NCBI GenBank assembly: GCA_016860685.1
Contig: BOJX01000004.1
Coordinates: 570-64,569 of the forward strand
Length of the DNA stretch: 64,000 nt
Source: Planctomycetota bacterium
GTDB taxonomy: Bacteria > Planctomycetota > Phycisphaerae > UBA1845
Reading direction: 5' to 3'
The translations under genes and the position numbers were made by a program. Position 1 is the first letter of the stretch; every line of letters starts with the position of its first letter. The notes under the pieces are model-generated. The model had not been told where the DNA came from and ran no database searches. It saw nothing but the letters and a program-made list of their open reading frames with translations. Positions 28,597 through 38,258 of this stretch are shown here, piece after piece.

Positions 28597-29640
28597 TCAA
28601 TGCACCCCGTGCTCCCCCAGCCAGCGCTCCGCGTCGATCGCCGCCTTGCAACCCATCCCCGCCGCCGTAATCGCCTGCCGATACACGCTGTCCACGCAGT
28701 CCCCGGCTGCGAACACCCCGTCCACGCTCGTCGTGGACCGGTAGGGATCGCGCAGCTTGATGTAACCTTTCGCATCCAGTTCAAGCTGCCCCGCGAGAAA
28801 CTGCGTCGCCGGCGTGTGTCCGATCGCGCAGAACAACCCCCCCACCGGAAGATCGCTCACCTCCCCGCTGACGGTGTCCTTCAGACGCAATCCGGTGATC
28901 ATCGACTCGCCCAGCACATCCTCGACCGTCTTGTTCCACTTCATCTCGATCTTCGGGTTGGTCAGCGCCCGCTGCTGCATGATCTTGCTCGCCCGAAGCT
29001 GGTCGCGGCGATGAACGATGTAAACCTTGGACGCGAACTTCGTCAGGTACGTCGCCTCCTCGATCGCGGAATCCCCGCCCCCCACCACCGCCACTTCCTT
29101 GTTCCGAAAAACCGGCAGCGCCCCGTCGCATACCGCGCACGCGCTGACGCCCCCGCCCGATCGCGCCAGACGTTGCTCATTCGGCAACCCCAGCCAGTTC
29201 GCAGTCGCACCGGTCGAAATAATGACGGTGTGCGCCCGATGTTCCTTTCCGTCTTCGCCGAACACGCGGAACGGACGCGCGGACAGGTCCACCTTCACGC
29301 AATCCTGATAAGCCGCCTCCCGGCCGTTGAACTGCTGTGAGGCATCCGGCGTGACGACCCCCTTGTCCGTCACGACGCGCGTCCCGAAGCGCAGCGCCTG
29401 CGCCTCGAACGCCCACATCAGCTTCGGTCCGTCCACGCCGTGCGGAAACCCGGGGTAGTTCTCGACCTCGGTCGTCAGCATGAGCTGCCCACCGGGCAGG
29501 AGCGTGGAAGGAACCTGCTTCGGGCGCCCGGCGAAGACAACCGGGGACAGGTTCGCCCGCGCCGCGTAAATCGCCGCCGTCCAGCCGGCCGGCCCGGACC
29601 CGATGATGATGACTTTTTCGACGTTGCCCGCCGCATTCAT
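28597..29640 (-). CDS. trxB: Thioredoxin-disulfide reductase
   Basis: FAD site [18 protein letters not shown], redox-active CAVCDG, NADPH site [12 protein letters not shown]. Confidence 0.93.
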   Translation of the reverse strand: MNAAGNVEKVIIIGSGPAGWTAAIYAARANLSPVVFAGRPKQVPSTLLPGGQLMLTTEVENYPGFPHGVDGPKLMWAFEAQALRFGTRVVTDKGVVTPDASQQFNGREAAYQDCVKVDLSARPFRVFGEDGKEHRAHTVIISTGATANWLGLPNEQRLARSGGGVSACAVCDGALPVFRNKEVAVVGGGDSAIEEATYLTKFASKVYIVHRRDQLRASKIMQQRALTNPKIEMKWNKTVEDVLGESMITGLRLKDTVSGEVSDLPVGGLFCAIGHTPATQFLAGQLELDAKGYIKLRDPYRSTTSVDGVFAAGDCVDSVYRQAITAAGMGCKAAIDAERWLGEHGVH

Positions 29641-29937
29641 GATCGTCTCTCCTTGTTCTGATCCGCCCGGGTCCGTTGAACCGGGTCCGATCGGAATCGT
29701 GCCCGATCCAAGACCTGCGAGGCACGACGCCGCGCGATCCTAAGTCCGCAGCCCCGCGCGGGGAAGTTTCAACGCCAACCGTGTAATCCTGTCAACGCCT
29801 CCCGCGCCCGGAGTCGTTGGCCTCATGCTGCGGTAGACTCCCCCGGATTCGGGTTCGCACGCGGGATCGTCATACGTTCGACGCCCGACGTCGCCGCTCG
29901 GTGACGTGATGGGCCTCGCGGAAGGAGCAGACGCGCG

Positions 29938-31308
29938 ATGAAGATGGGGAGCATGCGCCTCGGTCTGGCGATCGGGATGTTCGCGGGCGTCATTTCGGTG
30001 ACGGCGTTCGCGCAGCAGGATCCGGCGCCGCATTGGCCTCAGTTCCGCGGTCCGAACGCCTCCGGCGTCGCGGAGGGCTTCCCGCTCCCGGCGTCGTTCA
30101 ACGTTCCTGCGGGTGAAGGCGTCGCGTGGAAGACACCCATCCCCGGCCTGGGCCACGCAAGCCCGGTCATCTGGGGCGACACGGTCTACATCGTCTCCTG
30201 CGTCAGCGGGCGGGACGACGCAGGACTGAAGGTCGGCCTTTACGGCGACATCGCCCCGGTCCAGGACGACACCGTCCACCGCTGGTTCCTTTACGCCCTC
30301 GACCGCAAGTCCGGGAAGGTGCTCTGGGAGCAGTTGATGCACGAGGGCGTTCCCACCGTGAAGCGGCACACAAAGGCGACGCACGCCAACTCGACGCCCG
30401 CCACCGACGGCAAACACGTCGTCACCTTTTACGGCTCCGAAGGCCTCTGCTGTTACACCGCCGACGGCAAGCTGCTGTGGAAGAAGGCAATCGGCAACCT
30501 CGACGCCGGGTACTACATGATGCCGCAGGCGCAGTGGGGCTTCGGCAGCTCCCCGATTATTTTCGAGGACCGCGTGATCGTGCAGTGCGACGTCCAGCGC
30601 CTCTCCTTCATCGCCGCCTTCAACGTCGCCACCGGCGAGGAACTCTGGCGCACCGCCCGCGACGAAGTTCCAACGTGGGGGACGCCGACGCTCTGGAAAA
30701 CCGGCGACCGCTGGCAGCTTGTCTGCAACGGGTACAAGCACATCGGCGGGTACGACGCCCGCACCGGCGCCGAAATCTGGAAAATGACCGGCGGCGGCGA
30801 CATCCCCGTCCCCACCCCCGTCATCGCCCACGATCGCGCGTTCATCTGCAACGCGCACGGCATGTCCGCACCGCTTTGGGCGATCAAGCCCGCCGCGACC
30901 GGCGACATCTCCCTGACCGCCGACGCCCGCAGCAACGACCACGTGGCGTGGAGCACTCCGAAGTGCGGTAATTACATGCAGACCCCGCTTGCTTACCGCG
31001 ACGTCCTGTACTGCTGCCGCGACAACGGCTCGCTGACCGCGTACAACCCCGCCACCGGCGAGATCTACTACCAGCAGCGCCTCGGCAAAGGCACGACCGG
31101 CTTCACCGCTTCCCCCGTCGCCGGCGACGGAAAAATCTACATCACCAGCGAGGAAGGCGACGTTCAGGTCGTCAAAGCCGGAACCGCCTTCGAACAGGTC
31201 AGTGCGTCGCCGCTGGGCGAGATCTGCATGTCCACGCCGGCGATCTCGCGCGGTCTGCTCCTCTTCCGCACGCAGGGCCACGTCGTTGCGATCGGATCGT
31301 CGAAGTGA
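29938..31308 (+). CDS. Secreted PQQ-like beta-propeller repeat protein (BamB-like fold)
   Basis: Signal peptide ends ...VTAFAQQ. Repeated W/G-rich blades (WPQFRGPN, VAWK, LWEQ, LLWKK, ELWRT, IWKM). Confidence 0.7.
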   Translation: MKMGSMRLGLAIGMFAGVISVTAFAQQDPAPHWPQFRGPNASGVAEGFPLPASFNVPAGEGVAWKTPIPGLGHASPVIWGDTVYIVSCVSGRDDAGLKVGLYGDIAPVQDDTVHRWFLYALDRKSGKVLWEQLMHEGVPTVKRHTKATHANSTPATDGKHVVTFYGSEGLCCYTADGKLLWKKAIGNLDAGYYMMPQAQWGFGSSPIIFEDRVIVQCDVQRLSFIAAFNVATGEELWRTARDEVPTWGTPTLWKTGDRWQLVCNGYKHIGGYDARTGAEIWKMTGGGDIPVPTPVIAHDRAFICNAHGMSAPLWAIKPAATGDISLTADARSNDHVAWSTPKCGNYMQTPLAYRDVLYCCRDNGSLTAYNPATGEIYYQQRLGKGTTGFTASPVAGDGKIYITSEEGDVQVVKAGTAFEQVSASPLGEICMSTPAISRGLLLFRTQGHVVAIGSSK

Positions 31309-31380
31309 CGGCCGGGCGCGCCGACCCTCACCGATGACGAAAGACGCCGCGCACCCTGACCTTGCGGACACCCTTCTGAG

Positions 31381-31552
31381 CCGCGGGCTTCAGCCTGCAC
31401 GAAGGCTCATCCCGCGGCGCGCTGTGGAATCTAAGCGACGACGGACAGGCTGTTTCAAACCCCTCGGAGCAGGGCGAAATAAAAGCGCTTCGTTACCCTT
31501 GACCTTGTTTCGCGACGTCCAGGACAGGCGGGCGCGGCTCGGGTTTGAAACC
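31381..31552. repeat. Intergenic palindromic repeat element, composite copy B
   Basis: Contains gcgggcttcagcc (31383 onward), tgtttcaaacccc (31451-31463), an inner gggcgaaataaaagcgcttcgttaccc block, and gcgcggctcgggtttgaaacc (ends 31552). It lies between convergent genes. Confidence 0.75.
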
Positions 31553-31557
31553 GTGTT

Positions 31558-32547
31558 TCAACCGCCGATCTGGAACATGCTGCGGACCTCGGTGCTGACG
31601 CCCTTGTCGAGATCATGCCCCGTCGGTTTCATCGAAACCGCCTCAAGCAGGATCCTCCTCACGTCGTCCTCGCCCCCGCCGTTGCGCAGTGCTTTTTTCA
31701 CGTCCAGCTCGTCATCGTGAAGCAGGCACAGGTGAAACTTCCCGTCGGCGGTCAGCCTCATGCGGTTGCACGCGCCGCAATACGGCTCGCTCACCGGGGA
31801 GATGAACCCGACCACGCCGCGGGCGCCGTCGAGGCGGTAGTTGCGCGACTCGTCCGACGGATGCCCGCCGGGCAGCGGCGTCAGCGGACCCAGCGACGCC
31901 TCGATCCGCCGACGCGACTCCGCGCTCGGCACGAACTGGCTGAGCGAAAGCTGCGCGCACGTCCCCCCGCCCAGCGGCATCAGCTCGATGAACCGCACAT
32001 GCCACTCCCGCTCGATCGTCAGCCGCGCCATCTCCACCACGTCCGGATCGTTGTAGTCGCGCACCACTACGCAGTTGATCTTGATCGGGCGCAGCCCCGC
32101 CGCCTCCGCCGCTTGCAGTCCGGCGAGCATCGCGTCCAGATGTCCGAAGCGCATCACCCGTTTCAGACGCTCGGGGTGCAGAGAGTCGATGTGAATGTTG
32201 ATCCGCTTCAGCCCCGCGCCGACCAGCGCCGACGCCATCTCCGGCAGCAGCAGCGCGTTGGTCGTCATGCCTACGTCGCCGATGCCCTCGACGCCCGCGA
32301 TGCCTGAGACGATGTCCAGAAGATCCGCCCGAAGCGTCGGCTCGCCGCCGGTCAGCCGCACCTTCCGGAACCCCAGCCCCGCCGCCGCCTTCACGACGGT
32401 GACGATCTCCGCGCACGTCAGAAGCTCCGGTCCGGGCACGAAGCTCAACCCTCGCAGAGGCATGCAGTAGACGCAACGCAGGTTGCACCGGTCGATCACG
32501 GAGATCCGCAGGTAGTCGATCTCGCGTTGGAAGGGATCTTTCGGCAT
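31558..32547 (-). CDS. moaA: GTP 3',8-cyclase MoaA (radical SAM)
   Basis: ISVIDRCNLRCVYCMP is the CxxxCxxC cluster. A C-terminal second cluster is CGACNRMRLTADGKFHLCL and the protein ends ...QIGG. The start is trimmed to ATG 32547. Confidence 0.92.
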   Translation of the reverse strand: MPKDPFQREIDYLRISVIDRCNLRCVYCMPLRGLSFVPGPELLTCAEIVTVVKAAAGLGFRKVRLTGGEPTLRADLLDIVSGIAGVEGIGDVGMTTNALLLPEMASALVGAGLKRINIHIDSLHPERLKRVMRFGHLDAMLAGLQAAEAAGLRPIKINCVVVRDYNDPDVVEMARLTIEREWHVRFIELMPLGGGTCAQLSLSQFVPSAESRRRIEASLGPLTPLPGGHPSDESRNYRLDGARGVVGFISPVSEPYCGACNRMRLTADGKFHLCLLHDDELDVKKALRNGGGEDDVRRILLEAVSMKPTGHDLDKGVSTEVRSMFQIGG

Positions 32548-32573
32548 CCGCGCGCCCGCATGTGCGGCCCGCC

Positions 32574-32951
32574 TCAGGCGATCTTCGCGCCGTACTGCTC
32601 CGCCGTCAGCAGCCCGTTCAGTTCCGCCGGGTTCGACGCTTTCAACTTGATCATCCACCCGCGCCCGAAGGCGTCGTCGTTGACCGCCTCGGGGTGCTGG
32701 TTCAGCGCGGCGTTCACTTCGACGACCTCGCCGGACACGCCGGTGAAGATCTCCGACGTCGCCTTCACCGACTCCACCTCGCCGATCACTCCCCCGGCCT
32801 TGAAGCTCGCCCCGACTTTCGGCAGCGACACGAACGTGATGTCGGTCAGTTCGTCCGCGGCGAACTGGGTGATGCCCATCACCACGGTCGATCCCTCGAG
32901 TTTGAACCACTCATGCGACGGAAGATATCTGCGGTCAGTCGGAATGCTCAT
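32574..32951 (-). CDS. gcvH: Glycine cleavage system protein H
   Basis: Lipoyl-lysine context GEVESVKATSEI, plus YLPSHEWF and GWMIKL motifs. Confidence 0.92.
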   Translation of the reverse strand: MSIPTDRRYLPSHEWFKLEGSTVVMGITQFAADELTDITFVSLPKVGASFKAGGVIGEVESVKATSEIFTGVSGEVVEVNAALNQHPEAVNDDAFGRGWMIKLKASNPAELNGLLTAEQYGAKIA

Positions 32952-33013
32952 GTCCTGCTGTCGCCCCTGCGGATGCTCCGCTCCGGCGCGGCGCCCACGA
33001 CGCCGCCACGTGG

Positions 33014-34114
33014 TCACTTTCGCTTGTAAAACGGCAGCGGCGTCACTTTCGCCGCGACGCGCGCGCCGCCGATCTCGACGGTGAACGCGGCATCTTGTCG
33101 GGCGAGCGCCGCACTGTCAATCAACGCCATCGCCAGGCTCGACCCCAGCGTCGGGCTTAGCGTTCCGCTCGTCACCTCCCCGACCCGTGCGTCGCCGGCG
33201 TAAACCGCCGCGTGCTGCCGCGCGATCCGCTTGCCCTCGAGCGCCAACCCCGTCATCTGCCGCGCCAACCCACGCTCCTTCAGCAGCCGCATCGCCGCCG
33301 CGCCGATGAACTCTTTCGTCAGGTCCACGCACCACGCCTGACCCGAGGTCAGCGAGTCCCACGCCTCCGTCAGCTCATGCCCGTAAAGTGGCATCGCCGC
33401 CTCGATCCGCAGCGTGTCCCGCGCCCCCAGTCCCGCAAAGCGGATCACCGGGTGCGGTTTGTCCTTCTGCCCCACCAGCAGCGGCAGGAACATCTGAACC
33501 GCCGTCGCTGGACACACCACCTCGATCCCGTCCTCGCCCGTGTATCCGGAGCGGAAAATGTCGAAGCTCATGCCGAGATACTCAGCCGTCGTGAACCGGT
33601 AGCGCTTCAGCGACCCGAGGTCCACCGGTACGAGCTGCTGCGCCAGCTCCATCGTCCGCGGACCCTGGATCGCCAGCATCGCGGTCTGCATCGTCCGGTC
33701 GTCGATCGTGATGCCCGTCCCCGCCGCGTGCCGGTTCAACCACCCGACGATCTTCGCCCGGTTCGAGGCGTTGCACACCACCAGAAAGTGATCCTCGAAC
33801 CGCGACACGATCACGTCGTCGAGGATGCCCCCGTCCTCCCGGCACATGTGCGAGTAATACGACCGCCCGATCTCCGCCCCCTTCAGATTCCGCGTGCACA
33901 ACCGATCGAGGAACCGCTCGACGTCATGCCCGCGCAACACCAGCCGACCCATGTGAGACACGTCGAACACGCTGCACGCCGTCCGCGTGTGTACGTGCTC
34001 CTCGATGATCCCCGTGTACACCACGGGCATCGACCACCCGGCGAAGTCCACCATCCGCGCCCCGAACGCCACGTGCGCGTCATAAAGCGGCGTCTTCAAC
34101 AAATCCTGCGTCAT
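33014..34114 (-). CDS. gcvT: Glycine cleavage aminomethyltransferase (T protein)
   Basis: TPLYDAHVAFGARMVDFAGWSMPVVY and SHMGRLVLRG motifs, 366 aa, directly upstream of gcvH. Confidence 0.92.
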   Translation of the reverse strand: MTQDLLKTPLYDAHVAFGARMVDFAGWSMPVVYTGIIEEHVHTRTACSVFDVSHMGRLVLRGHDVERFLDRLCTRNLKGAEIGRSYYSHMCREDGGILDDVIVSRFEDHFLVVCNASNRAKIVGWLNRHAAGTGITIDDRTMQTAMLAIQGPRTMELAQQLVPVDLGSLKRYRFTTAEYLGMSFDIFRSGYTGEDGIEVVCPATAVQMFLPLLVGQKDKPHPVIRFAGLGARDTLRIEAAMPLYGHELTEAWDSLTSGQAWCVDLTKEFIGAAAMRLLKERGLARQMTGLALEGKRIARQHAAVYAGDARVGEVTSGTLSPTLGSSLAMALIDSAALARQDAAFTVEIGGARVAAKVTPLPFYKRK

Positions 34115-34370
34115 CGCGCCCCCCGAGCCGCGGACTTCATTCCGCGCGAATCAACGTCATTGAACATGTCCGCCCTTTCTCAACGCGCCCCCCGACTCGA
34201 TCCCCCGACCTCGTAGAATCAAAAGAGCGCGGAAGTCGGTCAAGGAAAGACGGCCCGCAATTTGGACCGCAAACGTAATTCACAACCCCGCCAGCCACGC
34301 CACGTCACCTCCAGCGACCAGTCATTGTATCTATATCACGTCGGGATACTATATGTAGGGGAGGCGCGCG

Positions 34371-35702
34371 ATGAAACACCAAGAAAATACGCTCATCACC
34401 GGAGATTGCATCAAGGGGCTGGCGAAACTGCCCGAAGGCAGCGTGGATCTCGCCTTCGCCGATCCGCCCTTCAACATCGGCTACGACTACGATGTCTACG
34501 ACGACCGCCGCGGTGCCGACGAATATCTGGACTGGTCGCGGCGCTGGATCGAGGGCGTCATCCGCGTGCTCAAGCCGGACGGCGCGTTCTGGCTGGCCAT
34601 CGGCGACGAATACGCCGCGGAGCTGAAAGTCCTCTGCACGCGCGACCTCGGCCTGCACACTCGAAACTGGGTCGTCTGGTTCTACACCTTCGGCGTCCAC
34701 TGCAAACACAAGTTCACCCGCAGCCACGCCCACCTGTTCTACTTCGTCAGGAATCCGAAGCGCTTCACCTTCAACTCGCTCGACGTCCGCGTCCCTTCCG
34801 CGCGGGAGCTGGTTTACGGCGACAAGCGGGCGGACCCCGACGGTCGCGTCCCCGACGACACCTGGATGATGACCCCCGCGCTGCCTCCCGAAGTTCCGAC
34901 GCGCGACGGCTTCATCCTTCGGCCGCAGGACATCCCGGACCGCTTCCCGCCGGACAGCGACACGTGGTACTTCGCCCGCGTCGCCGGCACGTTCAAGGAG
35001 CGGCAGGGCTTCCACGGCTGCCAGATGCCCGAGCAGCTTCTCGGGCGGATCATCCGCGCCTGCTCGAACGAGGGCGAAACCGTCCTTGACCCCTTCGCCG
35101 GCAGCGGGACGACGCTCGCCGCCGCGAAAAAGCTCGGCCGCCGCTACGTCGGCTTCGAGCTGTCAAAGGAATACGCCGCGCAAGTCCGCCGCCGCCTCGC
35201 GGCCATCCGCCCCGGCACGCCCCTCGACGGCCCGGAAAACGCCGCCGCCAGCGCCCCGGCGACCGCCAACGGCCGCAGGCTCAAACTCGCGCGCCCGTCA
35301 TCTCTCGCTCCGGAGGCGTGCGATCTGCTGTGTGGGGATGATGAAGCATTTGACCGCGCGCTACAGCGCTTCGTACGCCGCGTCCCGGCGGATGCGCCGG
35401 GTGATCTCGCCGGCGTAGCGCACGCCCAGCGCGTCCCGGTGTTCGCGGACCCCGTCCACCAGGCCGCGGGTCAGTGCGAGAATCTCCTCCCACGTCAGGA
35501 TCACGTCGTCGATCAAGGGGACCGTCGCGCGGCTTCCATCGCAGCCTGCCTCCGGCCGTCGCTGAGATCGTCAGCCTCCTTCACGCAAAGCACGCTGACG
35601 CGGCGCCCGCCCGCAGCGCCCTCGCAGCACAGAACCGGTGCGCGGTTTGCGGCGCGGCGGGGTTCGGGTAGGATCGACACGCGTCGTGCATCCCTTCTTT
35701 GA
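34371..35702 (+). CDS. Beta-class N6-adenine/N4-cytosine DNA methyltransferase (N6_N4_Mtase), apparently orphan
   Basis: Motif IV DLAFADPPFNIGYDY is N-terminal to motif I VLDPFAGSGTTLAAAKKLGRRYVGFE. GGGGAGG precedes the ATG. The last roughly 150 codons are low-complexity and doubtful (see findings). Confidence 0.8.
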   Translation: MKHQENTLITGDCIKGLAKLPEGSVDLAFADPPFNIGYDYDVYDDRRGADEYLDWSRRWIEGVIRVLKPDGAFWLAIGDEYAAELKVLCTRDLGLHTRNWVVWFYTFGVHCKHKFTRSHAHLFYFVRNPKRFTFNSLDVRVPSARELVYGDKRADPDGRVPDDTWMMTPALPPEVPTRDGFILRPQDIPDRFPPDSDTWYFARVAGTFKERQGFHGCQMPEQLLGRIIRACSNEGETVLDPFAGSGTTLAAAKKLGRRYVGFELSKEYAAQVRRRLAAIRPGTPLDGPENAAASAPATANGRRLKLARPSSLAPEACDLLCGDDEAFDRALQRFVRRVPADAPGDLAGVAHAQRVPVFADPVHQAAGQCENLLPRQDHVVDQGDRRAASIAACLRPSLRSSASFTQSTLTRRPPAAPSQHRTGARFAARRGSGRIDTRRASLL

Positions 35703-35711
35703 GGAGTCTTC

Positions 35712-38072
35712 ATGAAATCTCAGGCCCTGAGCGACCGTATCATCCGGGCGCTCGGACAGCGCGGTTACACGCCCCGGACGGCGGCCGACCTTGCCGAGCG
35801 GCTGCGAATCTCGGAAGAGGAGCTCGGCGACTTTCACGCGGCATGCAAGGCCCTGATGCGCACCGGGCGCGTCGCGATGGGTTCGCGGAACACCCTGATG
35901 CTGCCCGACCCGCCGGGCGAGGTCGTCGGCGTGTTCCGCGCGAACCCCGCCGGGTTCGGCTTCGTCATTCCGCTGACGCCGAATTCGCACGGCGACCTGT
36001 ACATCGCCGAGGGCGCCACGCAGGGCGCGGTCAGCGGCGACACGGTCAAGGCCCGCGTGCGCAAACGCGGGCGGCGCGGCGGGCGGATGATCTTCGAGGG
36101 CGAGATCGTCGAAGTCCTCCGCCGCGGACATCAGCACTTCGTCGGGGAGCTGCGTGAGGAGGGCGGGCGCACCGTCGTCGTTCCGGACGGACAGGTGCTG
36201 CACGGACCGATCCTCGTGCGCGACGCGGGCGCGAAGAACGCCCGGCCCGGCGACCAGGTCGTCGTCGAACTGACTGAGTATCCTGCGCCGGGGCGGCAGG
36301 CGCGCGGCGTGATCGTCCGCGTCCTCGGCGAACGCGGCCGGCCCGAGGTCGATCTTCAGAGCATTCTCGTGCAGTACGCGCTGCCGGGTGAGTTTCCGCC
36401 GGCCGTGCTGGAGGAGGCGCGGCGCGTGATCGCGGAGTATGACGAAGCCGCGCACCGCCGGTCGCGGCAGGGGCTCAAGGATCTGACGATCATCACGATC
36501 GATCCGCCGGACGCCCGCGACTTCGACGACGCCATCTCTTTGACCCCCCTGGCCGGTGGCAAAGTCGAGCTGGGCGTGCATATTGCTGACGTGTCCGCTT
36601 TCGTGCGCGAGGGCGGGGCGCTGGACGCCGAGGCCCGCGCCCGCGCCAACAGCGTGTACTTTCCGCGGCACGTCATTCCGATGTTGCCGGAGGTGTTGTC
36701 CAACGGATTGTGCAGCCTTCAGGAGGCGGAGTGGCGCCTGACGAAAAGCGCGTTCATCACGTATGACGCCAACGGCGCGGTTGTCTCGGCGCGCTTCGCC
36801 AACACGATGATCCGGTCCGCAAAGCGCCTCACGTATCTGGAGGCGCAGGCGGCGCTGGACGGACGGCCGGGGCGGCTGCCGCGGAAGGTCGTCGATCTCC
36901 TGAAGCGGATGGACGACCTCGCGCGGCGCATCCGGGCGCGACGCCTCGCCGAGGGGATGATCGTGCTCGATCTGCCGGAGGTCGAACTGGTGCTGGACGA
37001 CAAGGGGGCGGCGAAGGACGTCGCCCCGGTGGACACGAGCTTTACGCACACGATCATCGAGATGTTCATGGTCGAGGCGAACGAGGCGGTCTGCCGCCTG
37101 TTCACCGAACTGCACGTCCCGCATCTGCGGCGCGTGCATGACGAGCCGAGCATTTCCGCGCAGGAGTCGCTCTCCCGCTTCGTCCGCGTGCTCGGTCACA
37201 ACCTGCCGCGCCACCCGGACCGCTCCGATATGCAACGCCTCCTCGACGAAGTCCGCGGCGGAGACCACGCTTTCCCCGTGCATTTCGCCGCTTTGCGCTC
37301 GATGCAGCGGGCGGAATACTCGCCCCAGATCGTCGGCCACTTCGCCCTCGCGAGCGAGCATTACACGCATTTCACGTCCCCGATCCGCCGCTACCCGGAC
37401 CTCACGATCCATCGTCTGCTCGATCTGCACCTCACCGGTCGCCTGAAGGCGGCGGTGCGCGGCGGGACGTGTCCCGACGTCGAGGATCTCGCCGAACTGG
37501 GGGCGCATTGCAGCCTGCGCGAGCGCCAGGCCGAAGCCGCGGAGCGTGAGCTGCGCCTGGTGAAGATCCTGCGGCTGCTGGAGTCCCACGTCGGGCGGAA
37601 GATCGGCGGGATCGTAACGGGCGTCGCGCAGTTCGGCCTTTTCCTTCAGGTGGACACGTATCTGATCGACGGCTTGCTGCGCCTTGAGGACGTCGGCGAT
37701 GACTGGTGGGACGTGGACACGAAATACGGCTGCATTGTCGGACAGCGCAGCGGCAAGCGCATCACCATCGGTGACCGCCTGGAGGCGACGATCGCCCGGA
37801 TCGACCTTCCGAAGCGGACGCTGGAGCTGGCGCTGCGCCCGCGGGATGAGCGGCGTCCGCAGGACAAAGGCCGGCCTCGGAACACTAACCGCCCTCGTGA
37901 CACGAGCCGACCGCGGGACGCAGGGCTCCCGCGCGAGGATGGGCAGCCACGGACCGAAGGCGGCGAACGCAATGTCGCGCCAGGACGCCGAGGCCGCGGC
38001 AGAACCTTGATCGCAAGCAACGGCGATCGACGACGCGGAACCGGCCGCGGCCAACGACGCGGCAGGCGATAA
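35712..38072 (+). CDS. rnr: Ribonuclease R
   Basis: RNB catalytic block ITIDPPDARDFDDAIS...YFPRHVIPMLPE, S1 domain GIVTGVAQFGLFLQV, and a basic R/G/P-rich C-terminal tail. Confidence 0.92.
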   Translation: MKSQALSDRIIRALGQRGYTPRTAADLAERLRISEEELGDFHAACKALMRTGRVAMGSRNTLMLPDPPGEVVGVFRANPAGFGFVIPLTPNSHGDLYIAEGATQGAVSGDTVKARVRKRGRRGGRMIFEGEIVEVLRRGHQHFVGELREEGGRTVVVPDGQVLHGPILVRDAGAKNARPGDQVVVELTEYPAPGRQARGVIVRVLGERGRPEVDLQSILVQYALPGEFPPAVLEEARRVIAEYDEAAHRRSRQGLKDLTIITIDPPDARDFDDAISLTPLAGGKVELGVHIADVSAFVREGGALDAEARARANSVYFPRHVIPMLPEVLSNGLCSLQEAEWRLTKSAFITYDANGAVVSARFANTMIRSAKRLTYLEAQAALDGRPGRLPRKVVDLLKRMDDLARRIRARRLAEGMIVLDLPEVELVLDDKGAAKDVAPVDTSFTHTIIEMFMVEANEAVCRLFTELHVPHLRRVHDEPSISAQESLSRFVRVLGHNLPRHPDRSDMQRLLDEVRGGDHAFPVHFAALRSMQRAEYSPQIVGHFALASEHYTHFTSPIRRYPDLTIHRLLDLHLTGRLKAAVRGGTCPDVEDLAELGAHCSLRERQAEAAERELRLVKILRLLESHVGRKIGGIVTGVAQFGLFLQVDTYLIDGLLRLEDVGDDWWDVDTKYGCIVGQRSGKRITIGDRLEATIARIDLPKRTLELALRPRDERRPQDKGRPRNTNRPRDTSRPRDAGLPREDGQPRTEGGERNVAPGRRGRGRTLIASNGDRRRGTGRGQRRGRR

Positions 38073-38086
38073 AACCGGCGGTGGGG

Positions 38087-38258
38087 GGAAAGCGCTATTT
38101 CACCCTCGTCCGTTTTAGGTTCCCGGATTCACGTAGGTCAAGCGCCCCTCAGCTGCGGGCTTCAGCCCGCGCGATCGCCAGCCTCGCTCCGCGCCTTAAT
38201 CATGCCGCGCCCGTCAGGAAGCGGGTTTTTCAGGGATTTCACGTGGGTTTTGAAACAG
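38087..38258. repeat. Intergenic palindromic repeat element, copy C (inverted relative to copy A)
   Basis: The reverse complement reads tgtttcaaaacccacgtgaaatccctgaaaaacccgcttcctgacgggcgcggc...cgcgggctgaagccc. It aligns position for position with copy A over about 55 nt and again at the tail. Confidence 0.8.

Noticed and set aside
29740-31371. 543-aa minus-strand ORF, and similar long shadow ORFs at 21007-22908, 19398-20783, 28057-29340, 44611-45831 and 56237-57457.
   Set aside because: All are antisense to genes with strong motif support. Their composition is dominated by R, A, G, P and D.
31558-32910. Long N-terminal extensions of ORF-track entries (moaA 450 aa, gcvH 147 aa, flp 136 aa, cpaA 234 aa, tadG 666 aa, JAB 186 aa).
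   Set aside because: The extensions are Arg/Gly-rich and overlap upstream genes or intergenic repeats. Internal ATG codons give family-typical N-termini, and several have Shine-Dalgarno-like sequences.
34115-34370. A glycine riboswitch upstream of gcvT.
   Set aside because: I read the minus-strand leader and found none of the conserved aptamer boxes (GGAGAG..., ACCGAAGGGGCAA, CTCTGGAGAG).
35571-38054. 827-aa minus-strand ORF.
   Set aside because: It is exactly antisense to ribonuclease R. Its Arg/Ala/Pro/Gly-rich composition is typical of shadow frames in high-GC DNA, and the plus strand carries clear RNB and S1 motifs.
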